A stretch of 64,000 bases of DNA from Savitreella phatthalungensis. Its lineage: Eukaryota. Below are positions 1 through 10,685 of this stretch, in pieces (the stretch's first letter is position 1; each line of letters begins with the position of its first letter). Location: assembly GCA_051599415.1 (NCBI GenBank), contig AP039691.1, positions 186,001-250,000 of the forward strand. The letters are read 5' to 3'. Below the pieces are notes generated by a model, which searched no databases, was not told the DNA's origin, and saw nothing but the letters and a program-made list of their open reading frames with translations. A program made the position numbers and the translations under genes.

Positions 1-576
1 GTCCACCACAGGCATACTGTCCTTCGCGCGCATGCGCACATCCCTATCATCATCTTGACCTTTTCAGCAGACCGTATGCAAGCGATAGACACGGCCTTCG
101 CCCGTGTTCTTCAGGCCAGAATTAGCATCATCATTGGCCACGGTGAGCAAGAGAGGAACTCTTGTGAGGATACACCAAACTACATGGCAGGAGCCATTGT
201 CGTTGGGGGATCCACAGTCATGGATGGCTGGATGGCCGAGCAAGGTAGCGAAGAGTCTTCGAACTGTGTCGCAATCATAGCGCCCGCTGAACGAGTCCTC
301 TCAATGTTCTACGACTTCAGAGCTCGAGAGCAGTGGTACGTGCGGGACTCAAATACCGTCTTCAGCGCGGCCCTCGTCGCCGGCACACTTGCTACTTGGC
401 TCTCATATCCAGTGATCTCCAGGCGTCCTGATCTCACGCCAGAACGACTCAAAGCTCTCTTACAGATCCAAGCGAACGACAATCAGATCTCGAATGTGCC
501 ACCGACCGTACCGAACCTGCTTTTGTTTGCACGTGTACCAGAGTATCCATCGGGGATGGCCGCAGCCGCTGCTTAG
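1..576 (+). CDS. Subtilase-like pseudo-protease copy 1 (5'-truncated by window edge)
   Basis: Frame is open from base 1 to TAG at 574-576. C-terminal half of an S8A fold: AIVVGGST, CVAIIAPAE, SNTVFSAALVAGTLA (GTSMA site, Ser->Val), PTVPNLLLF. C-terminus closely matches copy 2. Confidence 0.8.
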   Translation, partial: VHHRHTVLRAHAHIPIIILTFSADRMQAIDTAFARVLQARISIIIGHGEQERNSCEDTPNYMAGAIVVGGSTVMDGWMAEQGSEESSNCVAIIAPAERVLSMFYDFRAREQWYVRDSNTVFSAALVAGTLATWLSYPVISRRPDLTPERLKALLQIQANDNQISNVPPTVPNLLLFARVPEYPSGMAAAAA

Positions 577-887
577 CTTGAGCCCGAGACAGAGCCTGAC
601 CTCAGCCCTCTATCAGCGTATCACGAGAGCCTCAAGAACAAACATCGCCTCGTCGCGTTTAGGCCTCGTGCGTCGCCGATTGAGATAAGGCACCCTAAAT
701 GCGTTCCTGTTCTCACCCATCCGTCCCTTTCGGCCCGTAAGATTCGCGTCTCAGGCCGTGCACAATATTCCACTTCAAACGTCCGAGCCTCAGATCTCTC
801 AGTCCCAGACTTCTTTGATAAAGCTCCAGATCTTCTCGATCTTCGCCATTTTCACTCAACTCAACTCACTTCATATACTAGCTCGCG

Positions 888-1970
888 ATGCGACTGAATC
901 GTATCTCATTCATCCTTTGTCTGCTACTGCAAGCAGCTTGCCACGACATCATCCATCGGACGCGCAGCTGGGCACTCGAACGCATCTCCTTGCAGCGCGA
1001 ACGACCCAACATGCAGATCCAACGGGCTCGCGAGGAGTTGGGGTTGGATGCATTCCACTATCTGTATGAGTCTCTTGCCAAAGGCGTCGGCTCGCACGTT
1101 TACATTCTCGGGTCCGGTATTGCGTGCGATGCCGACTTCTTCGACGGCCATGCACACTGCTCACCGGCTGCGGACGTACGATCATTCAGCCACATTCGAT
1201 CGCTGACAGGCAAGTCGCCCTCATCACTCGACACTAAAGGCGATTCGACGGCGACCTGCGTAGCATCCGTTGTAGGCCACTCGAGCATTGGCGTCTCCCC
1301 GAACGCTACGATTCACTCCGTCAAGATACTCTCCGGCACGTCCCACTACGCACGCACCTCCTCGATCATCAAAGGAATCGAATACGTTATCACCCGTCAG
1401 CGACTCGGCCACCATTCCGTCTTGCCGATCCTCGTCAACACCTTGATGATGACCAGGAACGGCCAAGGCGCTATTCAGACCGCATTCGATCAAGCCATTT
1501 CAGCCAAAGTGGTAGTCGTCTCGTCAGCTGGCGTAGAGCAGAAAGACGCTTCATATCTGATTCCGCACGAAAACCCCGGAGTGATCGTCGTCGGTGGGAC
1601 AACGATCAAGGATGAGTGGTGGCAGCCAAGCAATCACGGTCCAACGGTCACTCTGCTTGCGCCTGCAGAGCGTGTGCCGGTCAATATGGTCGTCAGGACA
1701 GGTCCAAAAAGATCCATCACGATTGAAGTTAGCAGCTATTCATCGTCCACGCTGTTGGCAGCGTCTCTCGTCGCAGGAACCTTAGCCAATTGGCAGTCAT
1801 ACCGAACCATTCGTGAAGTGCCAAATCTCACCCCTGCGCGACTCAAAGCTCTTCTCCTCGCACAGACTAATCCTGACCGGATCGACAATGTCCCAAGCAA
1901 CACCGTTAATAAGCTCCTGTTTGCAAGACCGCCTGAGTATCCTGCTGGGACGGCGGCTGCAGCTGCGTAG
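888..1970 (+). CDS. Secreted subtilase-like pseudo-protease copy 2 (360 aa)
   Basis: Signal peptide MRLNRISFILCLLLQAAC is followed directly by SWALERIS, then YLYE. Asp site VYILGSG (D->G), His site lacks His, SSAGV (N->V), SSTLLAASLVAG (S->L). Confidence 0.85.
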   Translation: MRLNRISFILCLLLQAACHDIIHRTRSWALERISLQRERPNMQIQRAREELGLDAFHYLYESLAKGVGSHVYILGSGIACDADFFDGHAHCSPAADVRSFSHIRSLTGKSPSSLDTKGDSTATCVASVVGHSSIGVSPNATIHSVKILSGTSHYARTSSIIKGIEYVITRQRLGHHSVLPILVNTLMMTRNGQGAIQTAFDQAISAKVVVVSSAGVEQKDASYLIPHENPGVIVVGGTTIKDEWWQPSNHGPTVTLLAPAERVPVNMVVRTGPKRSITIEVSSYSSSTLLAASLVAGTLANWQSYRTIREVPNLTPARLKALLLAQTNPDRIDNVPSNTVNKLLFARPPEYPAGTAAAAA

Positions 1971-2898
1971 GGGCTGTTCGCTCGAAGGAGAACAGAGATA
2001 TAGAGAGCAAGAGACGTCCGAGCAGTCATACGCCTCATCGAATGAGATTGAAACACGAGAAAGAAGAATAGACAGCCGATCGGAACGGAATCGACTTGTA
2101 ACGCGCTGAGTCAGTTCTACAGATTATGCTTTCCGAAGGTGTGGGTATTCTTCCGATGGGCTTGACATCATGTTTAAGCTCCCCTGCCTCAACGTCTGTG
2201 GCCCACAATCGGTGTGACCAAAGTCGAGATTTCCTCTCTCAGGTGATCATGACGCCCAGTGCTCTCAATCAGCATCATACATGACGTGCTGCTAGACGTC
2301 CAATTTGCTCAGGTCGGGCACTTCATCCCCACCTCCTCCACATTCGCCTCCGCATCCGCATCCGCATCCCGCCGTCGTGGGAGCATTGTCTCGTCAGCAC
2401 AGCTAGCCGCTTGCCACTTTACCATTCGGTCTCTTCTTTGGAGAACGGGTCTAGCACTATACAAGCGACGTGAGGATCTCTCCTTAATTCCTGCTTCTCA
2501 TCAATCGCTTTACCCGGCCTCATTCGCGCCCGGCAATCACTACTTCCGGCTATTCGGAAGACCCCGGCAACACTTCCTTCGTCGTCGTTGAACCTCGACA
2601 TCGCGCATCACACGACGTCTGTACTCGACTGGTTCAACCTTGTTGGCCAATCAGCAGAACGTTCGTCATCAGACATCGCCTCATTTGCAGCTATTCTGTC
2701 GACTGACCCATATCAGCCTATTCTTCGTCACGACCCAGGGTTGTCGACGTCTCGCTGCCGATTACACCCGTCTTCGACTCGCTGACGGCTGTACAAATAC
2801 GACGATCGCAAGTCTGACTTGGAGACTCCTTGTACAGAGAAGACAGCGGCCTCATACGACACGACCTGATCCGGCTCCTTATCCAATCACCTCAAGCC

Positions 2899-4260
2899 AT
2901 GCTGATCAACTTGTGCGCACATCCACTGATCCCTGCTCTTTTTCTCATTTGCCTATCGAGCGCGCGCATCGTCCATGACATGCAGTCCACCTGGGCGCTC
3001 GAGCGTATCAGCCAAAGCAACAGACAGAGCGAGCGAATCGATGATAGCACGTTCAAAGACATCCCTATGGCGAAAACCGACAGCGATCTGTCGTATGAGT
3101 ATGCGTACGAGTCAAATGCGCAAGGCGAAGGCGTCACCGCATACGTGGTCTCTGAAGGAATTTACTGCAAACACGTGGCATTTGGAGGACGCGCGAAATG
3201 TCCGTGGCGCGCAGACTGGGTCGATGGGTGTGTCGGAGCGCTGTGTGGTAGCCAGGTGATGGACTTCCATATCGGCACTTTCGTCGCTGGCATCATCGGC
3301 GCCGAACATGTCGGTGTTGCTCGCAAAGCCACTCTCTTCTCCGTTCGAATAGAAGATGACATTGACGACAGCAGCACGCGCTCAGATCTGATCGAAGCTG
3401 TCGAGTACGTCATTGGACGTCAGAAGAAGTACAAGACGCGGGGACTCATAATGCTCACCGTCTCAGCGCACAAAAGGTATGAAGACATCGACCGTGTCAT
3501 CACCTCCGCATGGTTCCATGATCTCCCCATCGTAGTCAGCTCCGGCGGTTCTCAAAGAGACGCCTGCAGCCTCTCACCGCAGCATAAGTCAGAGGTCATC
3601 ACTGTCGCCGGCACCACAATCAAGGACCAATTCTTCTCAGCTATGGCTGGAGGCTCATGTGTCACGATCATGGCTCCCGGTGAGAACGTGCCATCGCTCT
3701 GGTGGCGTTCATACAATGCTGAAGAGCGTTCTGTCTCAATTGCTGTCGGTTCAGGAACAGCGCCAGCTCCTGCGTACGTTGCTGGCGTTTTAGCCGGCTG
3801 GCTCTCAAGTCCAGCCTTACAGAACATTTACGCCACTCAGCTACAGCACTTCCTCATTCGCAACGCTCTTCGCAATCGCATCACCGATATTCCGGCTGAC
3901 ACGCCTAACCTGTTCACTCAATCAATCCTCAATAACGATCTGCGAGACCTCCGTTCGCTTTCCGAGCGGCCCTCTTCCAGCTCCTCCACTCGGCCAGAGC
4001 CCCTGCCTCGCGAAGGCCTGCAGCGATCATCCTCCGGAAGATCTTCTTACCAACGACAGCGCTCTGGCAAAATGCCAATGATTCAGGAGTCTCCTGACAG
4101 AGACGATGAAGCGAGTAGCTCGAGACGTCGCGGTGGAAGCCGTCGCCGTGGTAGGAGTCGCACCGGCAGCAACTACGACGACGACGATGACGATTTCCGA
4201 AGTGACCGTGACGGAAGGCGTTATGCATACGCTGACCCGATGATCTCTGAGACACCGTAA
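2899..4260 (+). CDS. Secreted subtilase-like pseudo-protease copy 3 with Ser/Arg/Asp-rich C-terminal tail
   Basis: ATG 2899 (MLINLCAHPLIPALFLICLSSA, signal-like), TWALERIS, YVVSEG (D->S), HIGTFVAG, SSGG (N->G), SGTAPA (S->A; GCG at 3760-3762), low-complexity tail of about 110 aa. Confidence 0.85.
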   Translation: MLINLCAHPLIPALFLICLSSARIVHDMQSTWALERISQSNRQSERIDDSTFKDIPMAKTDSDLSYEYAYESNAQGEGVTAYVVSEGIYCKHVAFGGRAKCPWRADWVDGCVGALCGSQVMDFHIGTFVAGIIGAEHVGVARKATLFSVRIEDDIDDSSTRSDLIEAVEYVIGRQKKYKTRGLIMLTVSAHKRYEDIDRVITSAWFHDLPIVVSSGGSQRDACSLSPQHKSEVITVAGTTIKDQFFSAMAGGSCVTIMAPGENVPSLWWRSYNAEERSVSIAVGSGTAPAPAYVAGVLAGWLSSPALQNIYATQLQHFLIRNALRNRITDIPADTPNLFTQSILNNDLRDLRSLSERPSSSSSTRPEPLPREGLQRSSSGRSSYQRQRSGKMPMIQESPDRDDEASSSRRRGGSRRRGRSRTGSNYDDDDDDFRSDRDGRRYAYADPMISETP

Positions 4261-4583
4261 ATGCCTCTTTCTAGCACATGGTAGCTGAGCGGGTCCCGCC
4301 ACGCCTGCCTCGTTAGAGTCACCATGAACACATGATTCACATCATTCTCTGTTCATCCGTTCCGATCCACGCGTTCGTCACTTCCATCCGACACTGTCAC
4401 GCAATATCTTTAAAGCCGCGTTCAGGTGATCTCGTGACTGAAGGCCTGAGGGATGTGACACCTGTTCCGGGACTACATGTGGGGGTGTGAGTCTCTGAAT
4501 CATTCGCGCCGTGTCGGATCGTGTCATAAAGAGTTGTACAAGTTCGTCTGGACCCGAGCGTGACTTCCTGTACGAAAGAAGAT

Positions 4584-5738
4584 ATGCCGCGACTCGGTCT
4601 GTCAGCCTCGACGCTGATGTCGATCGCGATAAAGCTGTTGTTGTCCTTCCTATCGCTAGCCTATCTCACTGATGCAGCGATTTTGACACAGCCGCATACC
4701 TCCTGGGCGCTAGCTCGGATCTCCAGCAACAACGACAACCCACTCTCTCGCGTCCTGTCTGGCGGTCTCCAACGGCGTCTCAAGCCTGGTGAGACCCCGC
4801 TCTCGCGCGTGTTCCGGTACAAGTACGACGAGGATGCCTTAGGTCAGGGCGTCACCGTGTACGTGCTCGATCAAGGCGTATCGTGCAAGCACATCGACTT
4901 CGGTGGGAGAGCAAAATGCCCCCAAGCTGGCGATCTGACGGCTCACTGGATCTCCAGGCTGAATGCGTGGGCAAAACCAAAAGCACTGGACCATGGGACT
5001 GCCGTTGCTGGCGTAGTCGCCTCGAACACCTGGGGAGTGGCGAAACGCGCTAACATTGTGTCTGTGAAGGTAGTCAAAGACGATCGGAGTGTGAAGGCAT
5101 CGTTAGTTATTCAAGGACTCATGTATGCGGCCTCGAAGGAACGGAAGAAAGGTCCGGAGAGCGACTCCAGAGCTATCATCACTATGTCGATCCAGCTCCG
5201 GCGAGAAGCTGCTGTCCGGATGGCCATCGAAGCCGTCAGCTCACAACACCAGATCGTCGTCACCTCGGCCGCTGGTAACACCGGTCAGGATGCATGTGCG
5301 TTCGATCCTACGCGGATGGCAGATGTGGTCGTTTCTGGCGGCTCTGATATTGCAGATGAGATGTACGGGATGTCGAACTACGGGTCGTGTATCAGTGTGA
5401 TTGCTCCTGCAGTTGACTGTCTTTCAACAGCCTGGCGGGAGGACGATACGGCCTTCGATCTGGCAGCCGGATACACTGGAACTGCGATGGCGTCTGCATA
5501 CACTGCAGGCACAATCGCCAACATGCTCTCTCGTCCAGTGTTTGCGCACTACGGCCCAGACCTCCTCAAGAGCATCATCATCCGCAGAGCCCAGCGTGGC
5601 GCCATCAGGAACATCCCACACGGAACGCCCAACAGAGTCCTCATGTCCATCATCAAGCCGAGCACTTCGGAGACCGCCTCAGCACAATCAGCAAGCAGTC
5701 GTGCTAGCAGTAGCAATCAACAGAATCGAATTAGCTAG
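4584..5738 (+). CDS. Secreted subtilase-like protein copy 4, only catalytic Ser replaced (Ser->Ala)
   Basis: Start at ATG 4584 or 4617. Hydrophobic signal, SWALARISS, VYVLDQG (Asp kept), DHGTAVAG (His kept), AAGN (Asn kept), GTAMA (GCG at 5484-5486). Confidence 0.88.
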   Translation: MPRLGLSASTLMSIAIKLLLSFLSLAYLTDAAILTQPHTSWALARISSNNDNPLSRVLSGGLQRRLKPGETPLSRVFRYKYDEDALGQGVTVYVLDQGVSCKHIDFGGRAKCPQAGDLTAHWISRLNAWAKPKALDHGTAVAGVVASNTWGVAKRANIVSVKVVKDDRSVKASLVIQGLMYAASKERKKGPESDSRAIITMSIQLRREAAVRMAIEAVSSQHQIVVTSAAGNTGQDACAFDPTRMADVVVSGGSDIADEMYGMSNYGSCISVIAPAVDCLSTAWREDDTAFDLAAGYTGTAMASAYTAGTIANMLSRPVFAHYGPDLLKSIIIRRAQRGAIRNIPHGTPNRVLMSIIKPSTSETASAQSASSRASSSNQQNRIS

Positions 5739-6095
5739 TCACTTGACCGTACTAGGGATATCTATCATACTTGCACTTACCAAGCATCAAATGACCAGCT
5801 GCCTGTCCACTGAGTGGAAAGTTTATGGTGGCTTTGATCGTTGTAAAAGGTTGTCGGTGTCTTACGTGACGTGTCTAAGAACGTTGTCGTCTGCGTGCTT
5901 CCGCAGAAGGTATGACAGATGCGCTAGACGGCGCTTTGCGAGGAATGGCTTGGATCAATGGCGATCGTGCCAGCGACAAAGCCTGCTGCGAGATATGGTG
6001 CAGGGACTTCCGCCGCGAGTCTAGTGTCTTGCGGATCAATTGAGTCTCAAAGCAACATTCATACAAGTACACCTGGTGCTCATCAGGGCCTGCTC

Positions 6096-7130
6096 CTACG
6101 GTGGCAATGACCTGAGTACGCTGTTTGGAGTACCTGGAGGCACGCCGCTCAACACGTTATGGTCTGCGTGATTGATGAGCAGCTTCTTCATCATCTCTGG
6201 AGACTGGATCGACCATCGGTCGATCGACAACCAGGAAGCAAGTGTTCCTGCGACGTAGCCAGCTGCCAGGTAGGGTGCGGTGGCCGCAGCAGCACTATTG
6301 ACAATTTCCGGTGAATGACGGTCCCAGTAGACGGTATTGACTGCCACGCTCGGCGCAAAAAGAGAAATACAGTCTTCGGCCGTTATCCCCGTCGCTACTC
6401 GATCGAGAGAGTCCATACCGCCAGTGACGATGATACCGGCCAGCGACATCTCGTTGTGAGACTTGCATGGGTGGCTTGTCGATGTCTGAGGGGGTGCCGA
6501 GACGACTAAGTGGAAACCGTCGCCAATCATCCTGCCGATCGCGATGGTCAGTGCACCGGCAGTCTCAGGTAGATCAGGAATGACAATGACCGCGGCTAGC
6601 CGAGAAAGCATATCGGCTTCTTCTCTCATAGTGGCGAGTGCGTAAAGCAGTGTTGTCGCTTGTGTTCGCTCAAGGATGTCATTCACCTTGATACTGAAGA
6701 TGATACACTTTTTGCACACGCCGTAAACAGATCCCGCGAGCACCCCCGCCAGAGCCGTTGAGTCAGGGCCTGAAGGTTCGACAGCATGCAGTCGGTCGAT
6801 GTCACGCCAATCGGCGTCACTGGGGCCATCGACAAAGTCGAAGAGGCGAGAGCAAATCGCCCTGTCACCGAAATCCTTGTGGCGACACTGTACCCCGTCT
6901 CCAACCACAAACGCCGTCACTCCTACTCCCATCGCTGTGACATCGTACACGTACGTGAAGTTCGGCTTGTTAGCAAAGTCAATGCTATGACTGATTGGTC
7001 CTGTTGAGATACGGTGAAGAGCCCAACCCGCGTTGGCTTGCCGCGCGAGTTCAGTGGCTGCAAGGACAACCTCGCAGAACAGAATTGCCACAACCGCGCT
7101 CCTGAAGACCACGACAAGCATATGAAGCAT
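6096..7130 (-). CDS. Secreted subtilase-like pseudo-protease copy 5 (344 aa)
   Basis: Signal peptide, GWALHRIS, YVYD, FVVGDG (D->G), PDSTALAG (H->D), VSAPP, TAPYLAAGYVAG (no Ser), GTPNSVLRSLPP. Confidence 0.85.
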   Translation of the reverse strand: MLHMLVVVFRSAVVAILFCEVVLAATELARQANAGWALHRISTGPISHSIDFANKPNFTYVYDVTAMGVGVTAFVVGDGVQCRHKDFGDRAICSRLFDFVDGPSDADWRDIDRLHAVEPSGPDSTALAGVLAGSVYGVCKKCIIFSIKVNDILERTQATTLLYALATMREEADMLSRLAAVIVIPDLPETAGALTIAIGRMIGDGFHLVVSAPPQTSTSHPCKSHNEMSLAGIIVTGGMDSLDRVATGITAEDCISLFAPSVAVNTVYWDRHSPEIVNSAAAATAPYLAAGYVAGTLASWLSIDRWSIQSPEMMKKLLINHADHNVLSGVPPGTPNSVLRSLPP

Positions 7131-8015
7131 GCGCTGGCGACATGATTGTCTTATATGCCAGCTACATCATGAGGAGGGACCATCAAGCGCAGCTTTGACA
7201 GCGCTTGCATGGCAGCTAACCGCGGTCGTTGCAGCTCAGAGCGGCAAACGTCTTATCATTTGGGATCAATTTAGCTCCCCAAACCAAGATGGGGTCTTTG
7301 CACAGGAGTCATGGCATTGCGCGGCGGCAAAGATAAGTGACGTATCCATGACTCATTATCCTGAGCCGGACTATTCCGGCCGCTGCGCTAAGAAGCTTAG
7401 TTTGGTTGTGTCGACGATGTCGAGTTTCTCACTGTGAATGCTCGCGGGATCAGGATAGTTTCATGCTCTGGCAGCGTCACATCTGATTGAACAGGATGCG
7501 ATAAGGGGTGTATAAGGGATGTACACCATCTCGTATGGCCTTCCGAACAGGAGAGTAAGGGGTTTTGCCCGGAGAGAATCAGATTAGCTAGTACGTGACA
7601 AGAAGAGGTATGAAGTATGATAGATTGTGACTTGTCTTGTTTTCCGAGACTCCCGAGTCGAGCTCTTCGATCATTGGGAACTTCAGTCGTTCCTTACCGT
7701 CAAGCGAGATGAACCTAATCTATTACCTTCCTTTCGCGCTCGACGACTCAAACTGTATGAATCGAGCTCTCCAGCCGTGGTCTTCCACATCGGCCGAAGC
7801 TTGACTCTCCTGTTCAGCTAACGCGACTATCTGAGACGCAAGTCACCCTTCCTCTGTCAATCATGTGTGAACCGATCGATTTGCGAACAGTAACTACGCT
7901 ATGGGCGCTGGTCTACGTTTCCATACCGGGACCGTGAACGGCTTCCGAAAGATCTGCGCATGTCAACAACGTTTACCCTCTACGATTTGAGCGCTGATGA
8001 TGCTCGTGCCATTGC

Positions 8016-9107
8016 TCATGGAGGCAGAGATCTGAGAAGGTAGTTTGGTGTGCCGCTCGGCAGAGCTCCTACGACATTTGCGTCAGCGTGTCTCTGGATG
8101 AGGGCCTTCATCTGGTCTGGTTTCGTCAATCTGTACTTTTCGATGGAGAGCCAGGTAGCGAGAGTGCCTGCGACGAGACCTGCTGCGAGGTGCGGTGCTG
8201 TTCCTCGTACCGCTAGATCTTTCTCTTGCGGACGGTCTTTCGCCCACCAGACCGTGTAGACGTCTGCTCCTGGTGCGAAGACAGAGACACAGGATCCCGT
8301 GTGGGACCACGGCAGTACTGTGTCGTTGGCGCGAGTAAAGCTTGTGCCGATTACGCCTTCTGCACCCATACCCAGGAACGAGTTGCACTGGTCCCTTTCT
8401 CCTGGAGACGCACCAGATACCACGACGTGGATTCCCTTCCGCACGAGCGCTTCTAGGGCACGAGGAAGTGCGGCTGTTCGTGACCACACTGCCGGATATA
8501 CAACTACTCCAGGCTGCCAGTAAACGAGATTCTGTGTTCCGGCGATCATCTCCATCGCATCCAGCACATCCGAGATTCGCGTTATCTCCGAAGATCCCGT
8601 CACCTTGACACTGACGATTGTGCACTGCTTACACACACCGAACGTCGCTCCTCCGGCAGTTCCCGCAATTTGCGTAGCCTTGCCTTCTGACGGTCGTACG
8701 TCGTTCCAGTCATCTTCGTCTCCGTCGTTGCCGTCGTCATCGTCGAGTTCGGCGGAGGTTGGTCGTGGACGACGGTGAGTTGATCTGCCGCGACTCGGTG
8801 AGGATGAGTCTGAATCGCTCGAGGTCGTCAGCAGGGTTCTCGCAAAGTCGTAGTTGCTGTTGCACAGCGCTCGACCTCCGAAGTCAACGTGCTCGCACTG
8901 AACGCCATCGCCCATGACGTAGAGACGTACGCCTTTGCCTAGCACATCGTCGTCATACGTGTAGTCAAAGTCATGACGCTCGATCGCGTTCGCGTCCTTC
9001 CCTAACGCACCCGAGGAAATCCGGTGAAGAGCCCAGCCGGCATGAGGCTGTTGCTGTATGGCGCCCGAGACACCGCTAGTGATAATCGCAAAGAGACTCC
9101 ACAACAT
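8016..9107 (-). CDS. Secreted subtilase-like pseudo-protease copy 6 with internal Ser/Arg + acidic insertion
   Basis: ATG 9107 (MLWSLFAIITSGVSG), GWALHRISS, YTYD, YVMGDG (D->G), GKATQIAG (H->K), GTAPHLAAGLVAG (no Ser). Close paralog of copy 5. Confidence 0.85.
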   Translation of the reverse strand: MLWSLFAIITSGVSGAIQQQPHAGWALHRISSGALGKDANAIERHDFDYTYDDDVLGKGVRLYVMGDGVQCEHVDFGGRALCNSNYDFARTLLTTSSDSDSSSPSRGRSTHRRPRPTSAELDDDDGNDGDEDDWNDVRPSEGKATQIAGTAGGATFGVCKQCTIVSVKVTGSSEITRISDVLDAMEMIAGTQNLVYWQPGVVVYPAVWSRTAALPRALEALVRKGIHVVVSGASPGERDQCNSFLGMGAEGVIGTSFTRANDTVLPWSHTGSCVSVFAPGADVYTVWWAKDRPQEKDLAVRGTAPHLAAGLVAGTLATWLSIEKYRLTKPDQMKALIQRHADANVVGALPSGTPNYLLRSLPP

Positions 9108-9614
9108 AGGTAGCGATGCGTGTGTCGCCAAGCTGGTGAGTCGCCTCTACTTCTGTATTGCTGTCCTCGATCAAGGAGATGGCTGCGGTCGCGTCAAGAG
9201 CACGAGAGCATATGACTAGCTGTCCATGGTCGCGTGCACTCTACACGCAGCCAGCCCGCGCATGCAGGCTTGTATCTGCTGACGGTTGACCCAGGCAACG
9301 GCACTGCACTGTGACAGCCAACTGAGATCGAGGGCTCTACCACATTCTCGGCCACAGCTGGCCTCGACCGCATAGGTCATGACGTGAGGCTACCACGAGG
9401 GTGCACCAGGTGATGCTGGATAAATCATCGACTCGCCGACGAGAGACCCTGCCATGCGTCGTCTGAGTCTCGTGAGCGTTGGGGTCTTCGGAACGAGTTT
9501 CCGAGGATCTCGGACGACCTCGGCAATGGTGTTAGCGGAAGCGGCGATGACGAACCTCGATTATATCATCTTATTGTGCCTCGGATGCGTCTACCTTCCC
9601 CTTCTTCGTGCACA

Positions 9615-10685
9615 ATGATCTTGCTGAGGGGGTGGGTCTTGGGATCGCTGCCACTCTGGGTTGTTGGGGAGATGGTCCGCCAACCAGACACCAGTTGGGC
9701 TTTGGAACGTATCTCTGCTGCGAGAGATCCCGGGACGGGGTTGCAGAGGCCATTGACCGATCGTGATCCGCGACTGCCCGTATTTAACTACCTGTACGAC
9801 GCCGGGGTCACCGGTAAGGGCACCATCACGTACCTGGTCGACAGCGGCGTGATGTGCAACCACATGCAATTCGAAGGGAGAACGGTGTGTTACCGGCGAG
9901 CTGACTTCACGAAGCGGCTTCCCGCGGGGATGCGCTTTGGAGCGCCCTCAGACCAGTTGGGCCATGGCACAGCTGTTGCCGGGGTGATTGGTGGGAAGCA
10001 GTGGGGTGTGTCAAAGGGGACGACGATCGTATCGGTCAAGGTGATAGGCAAGAAGCTCCGGTTTCGTGCAAGCCGAGTGATTGCTGCAATGAACTGGATC
10101 GTCAAGCATGTGCAGTCTACCGGGGAAGCAAACAGCGTGGTGGCGCTGACATTCGTCACCCCGCGAAATCCAGCGATCGAGTACGCGGTCGATACTCTGA
10201 TCCAGTCGAAGCTTGTCGTAGTGGCAGCAGCAGGCAGTCACCAGCGCGATATCTGCGACATGACGCCCGTCAATAACCCTGCCGTGATCACTGTCGCCGG
10301 CACGACGACAGACGATAAATGGTGGGGGAACAACAACTTTGGCAAGTGTATCGACATGCTGGCGCCATCGCAGCGCGTATATACTGCATACATCGGGAGT
10401 CCGAGTACTTCTGGCTTGTTATCGAACGGACCACTGGCTGCGGGTCTGGTTGCCGGCACGGCAGCTGTGTGGCTATCATCCCCAAAGATGCAGCGGAAGA
10501 TGCTGCTGCCATCTGACACGATGAAGTACTGGATGATTCAGGCGGCATTGAAAGACATCATTAATGGCGTGCCCTTAGATACGCGCAACAACTTCCTCAA
10601 CACGCTTGTACCGAGAGATTTCTCGAGTCCATCATCCTCAGGCAGGAGCAGCAGTCGCCAGGTAGCTGACAGCTCGGGTGGCTAG
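9615..10685 (+). CDS. Secreted subtilase-like pseudo-protease copy 7
   Basis: Start at ATG 9615 (or 9585). SWALERIS, YLYD, YLVDSG (Asp kept), GHGTAVAG (His kept), AAGS (N->S), SNGPLAAGLVAG (S->P; CCA at 10431-10433). Confidence 0.85.
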   Translation: MILLRGWVLGSLPLWVVGEMVRQPDTSWALERISAARDPGTGLQRPLTDRDPRLPVFNYLYDAGVTGKGTITYLVDSGVMCNHMQFEGRTVCYRRADFTKRLPAGMRFGAPSDQLGHGTAVAGVIGGKQWGVSKGTTIVSVKVIGKKLRFRASRVIAAMNWIVKHVQSTGEANSVVALTFVTPRNPAIEYAVDTLIQSKLVVVAAAGSHQRDICDMTPVNNPAVITVAGTTTDDKWWGNNNFGKCIDMLAPSQRVYTAYIGSPSTSGLLSNGPLAAGLVAGTAAVWLSSPKMQRKMLLPSDTMKYWMIQAALKDIINGVPLDTRNNFLNTLVPRDFSSPSSSGRSSSRQVADSSGG

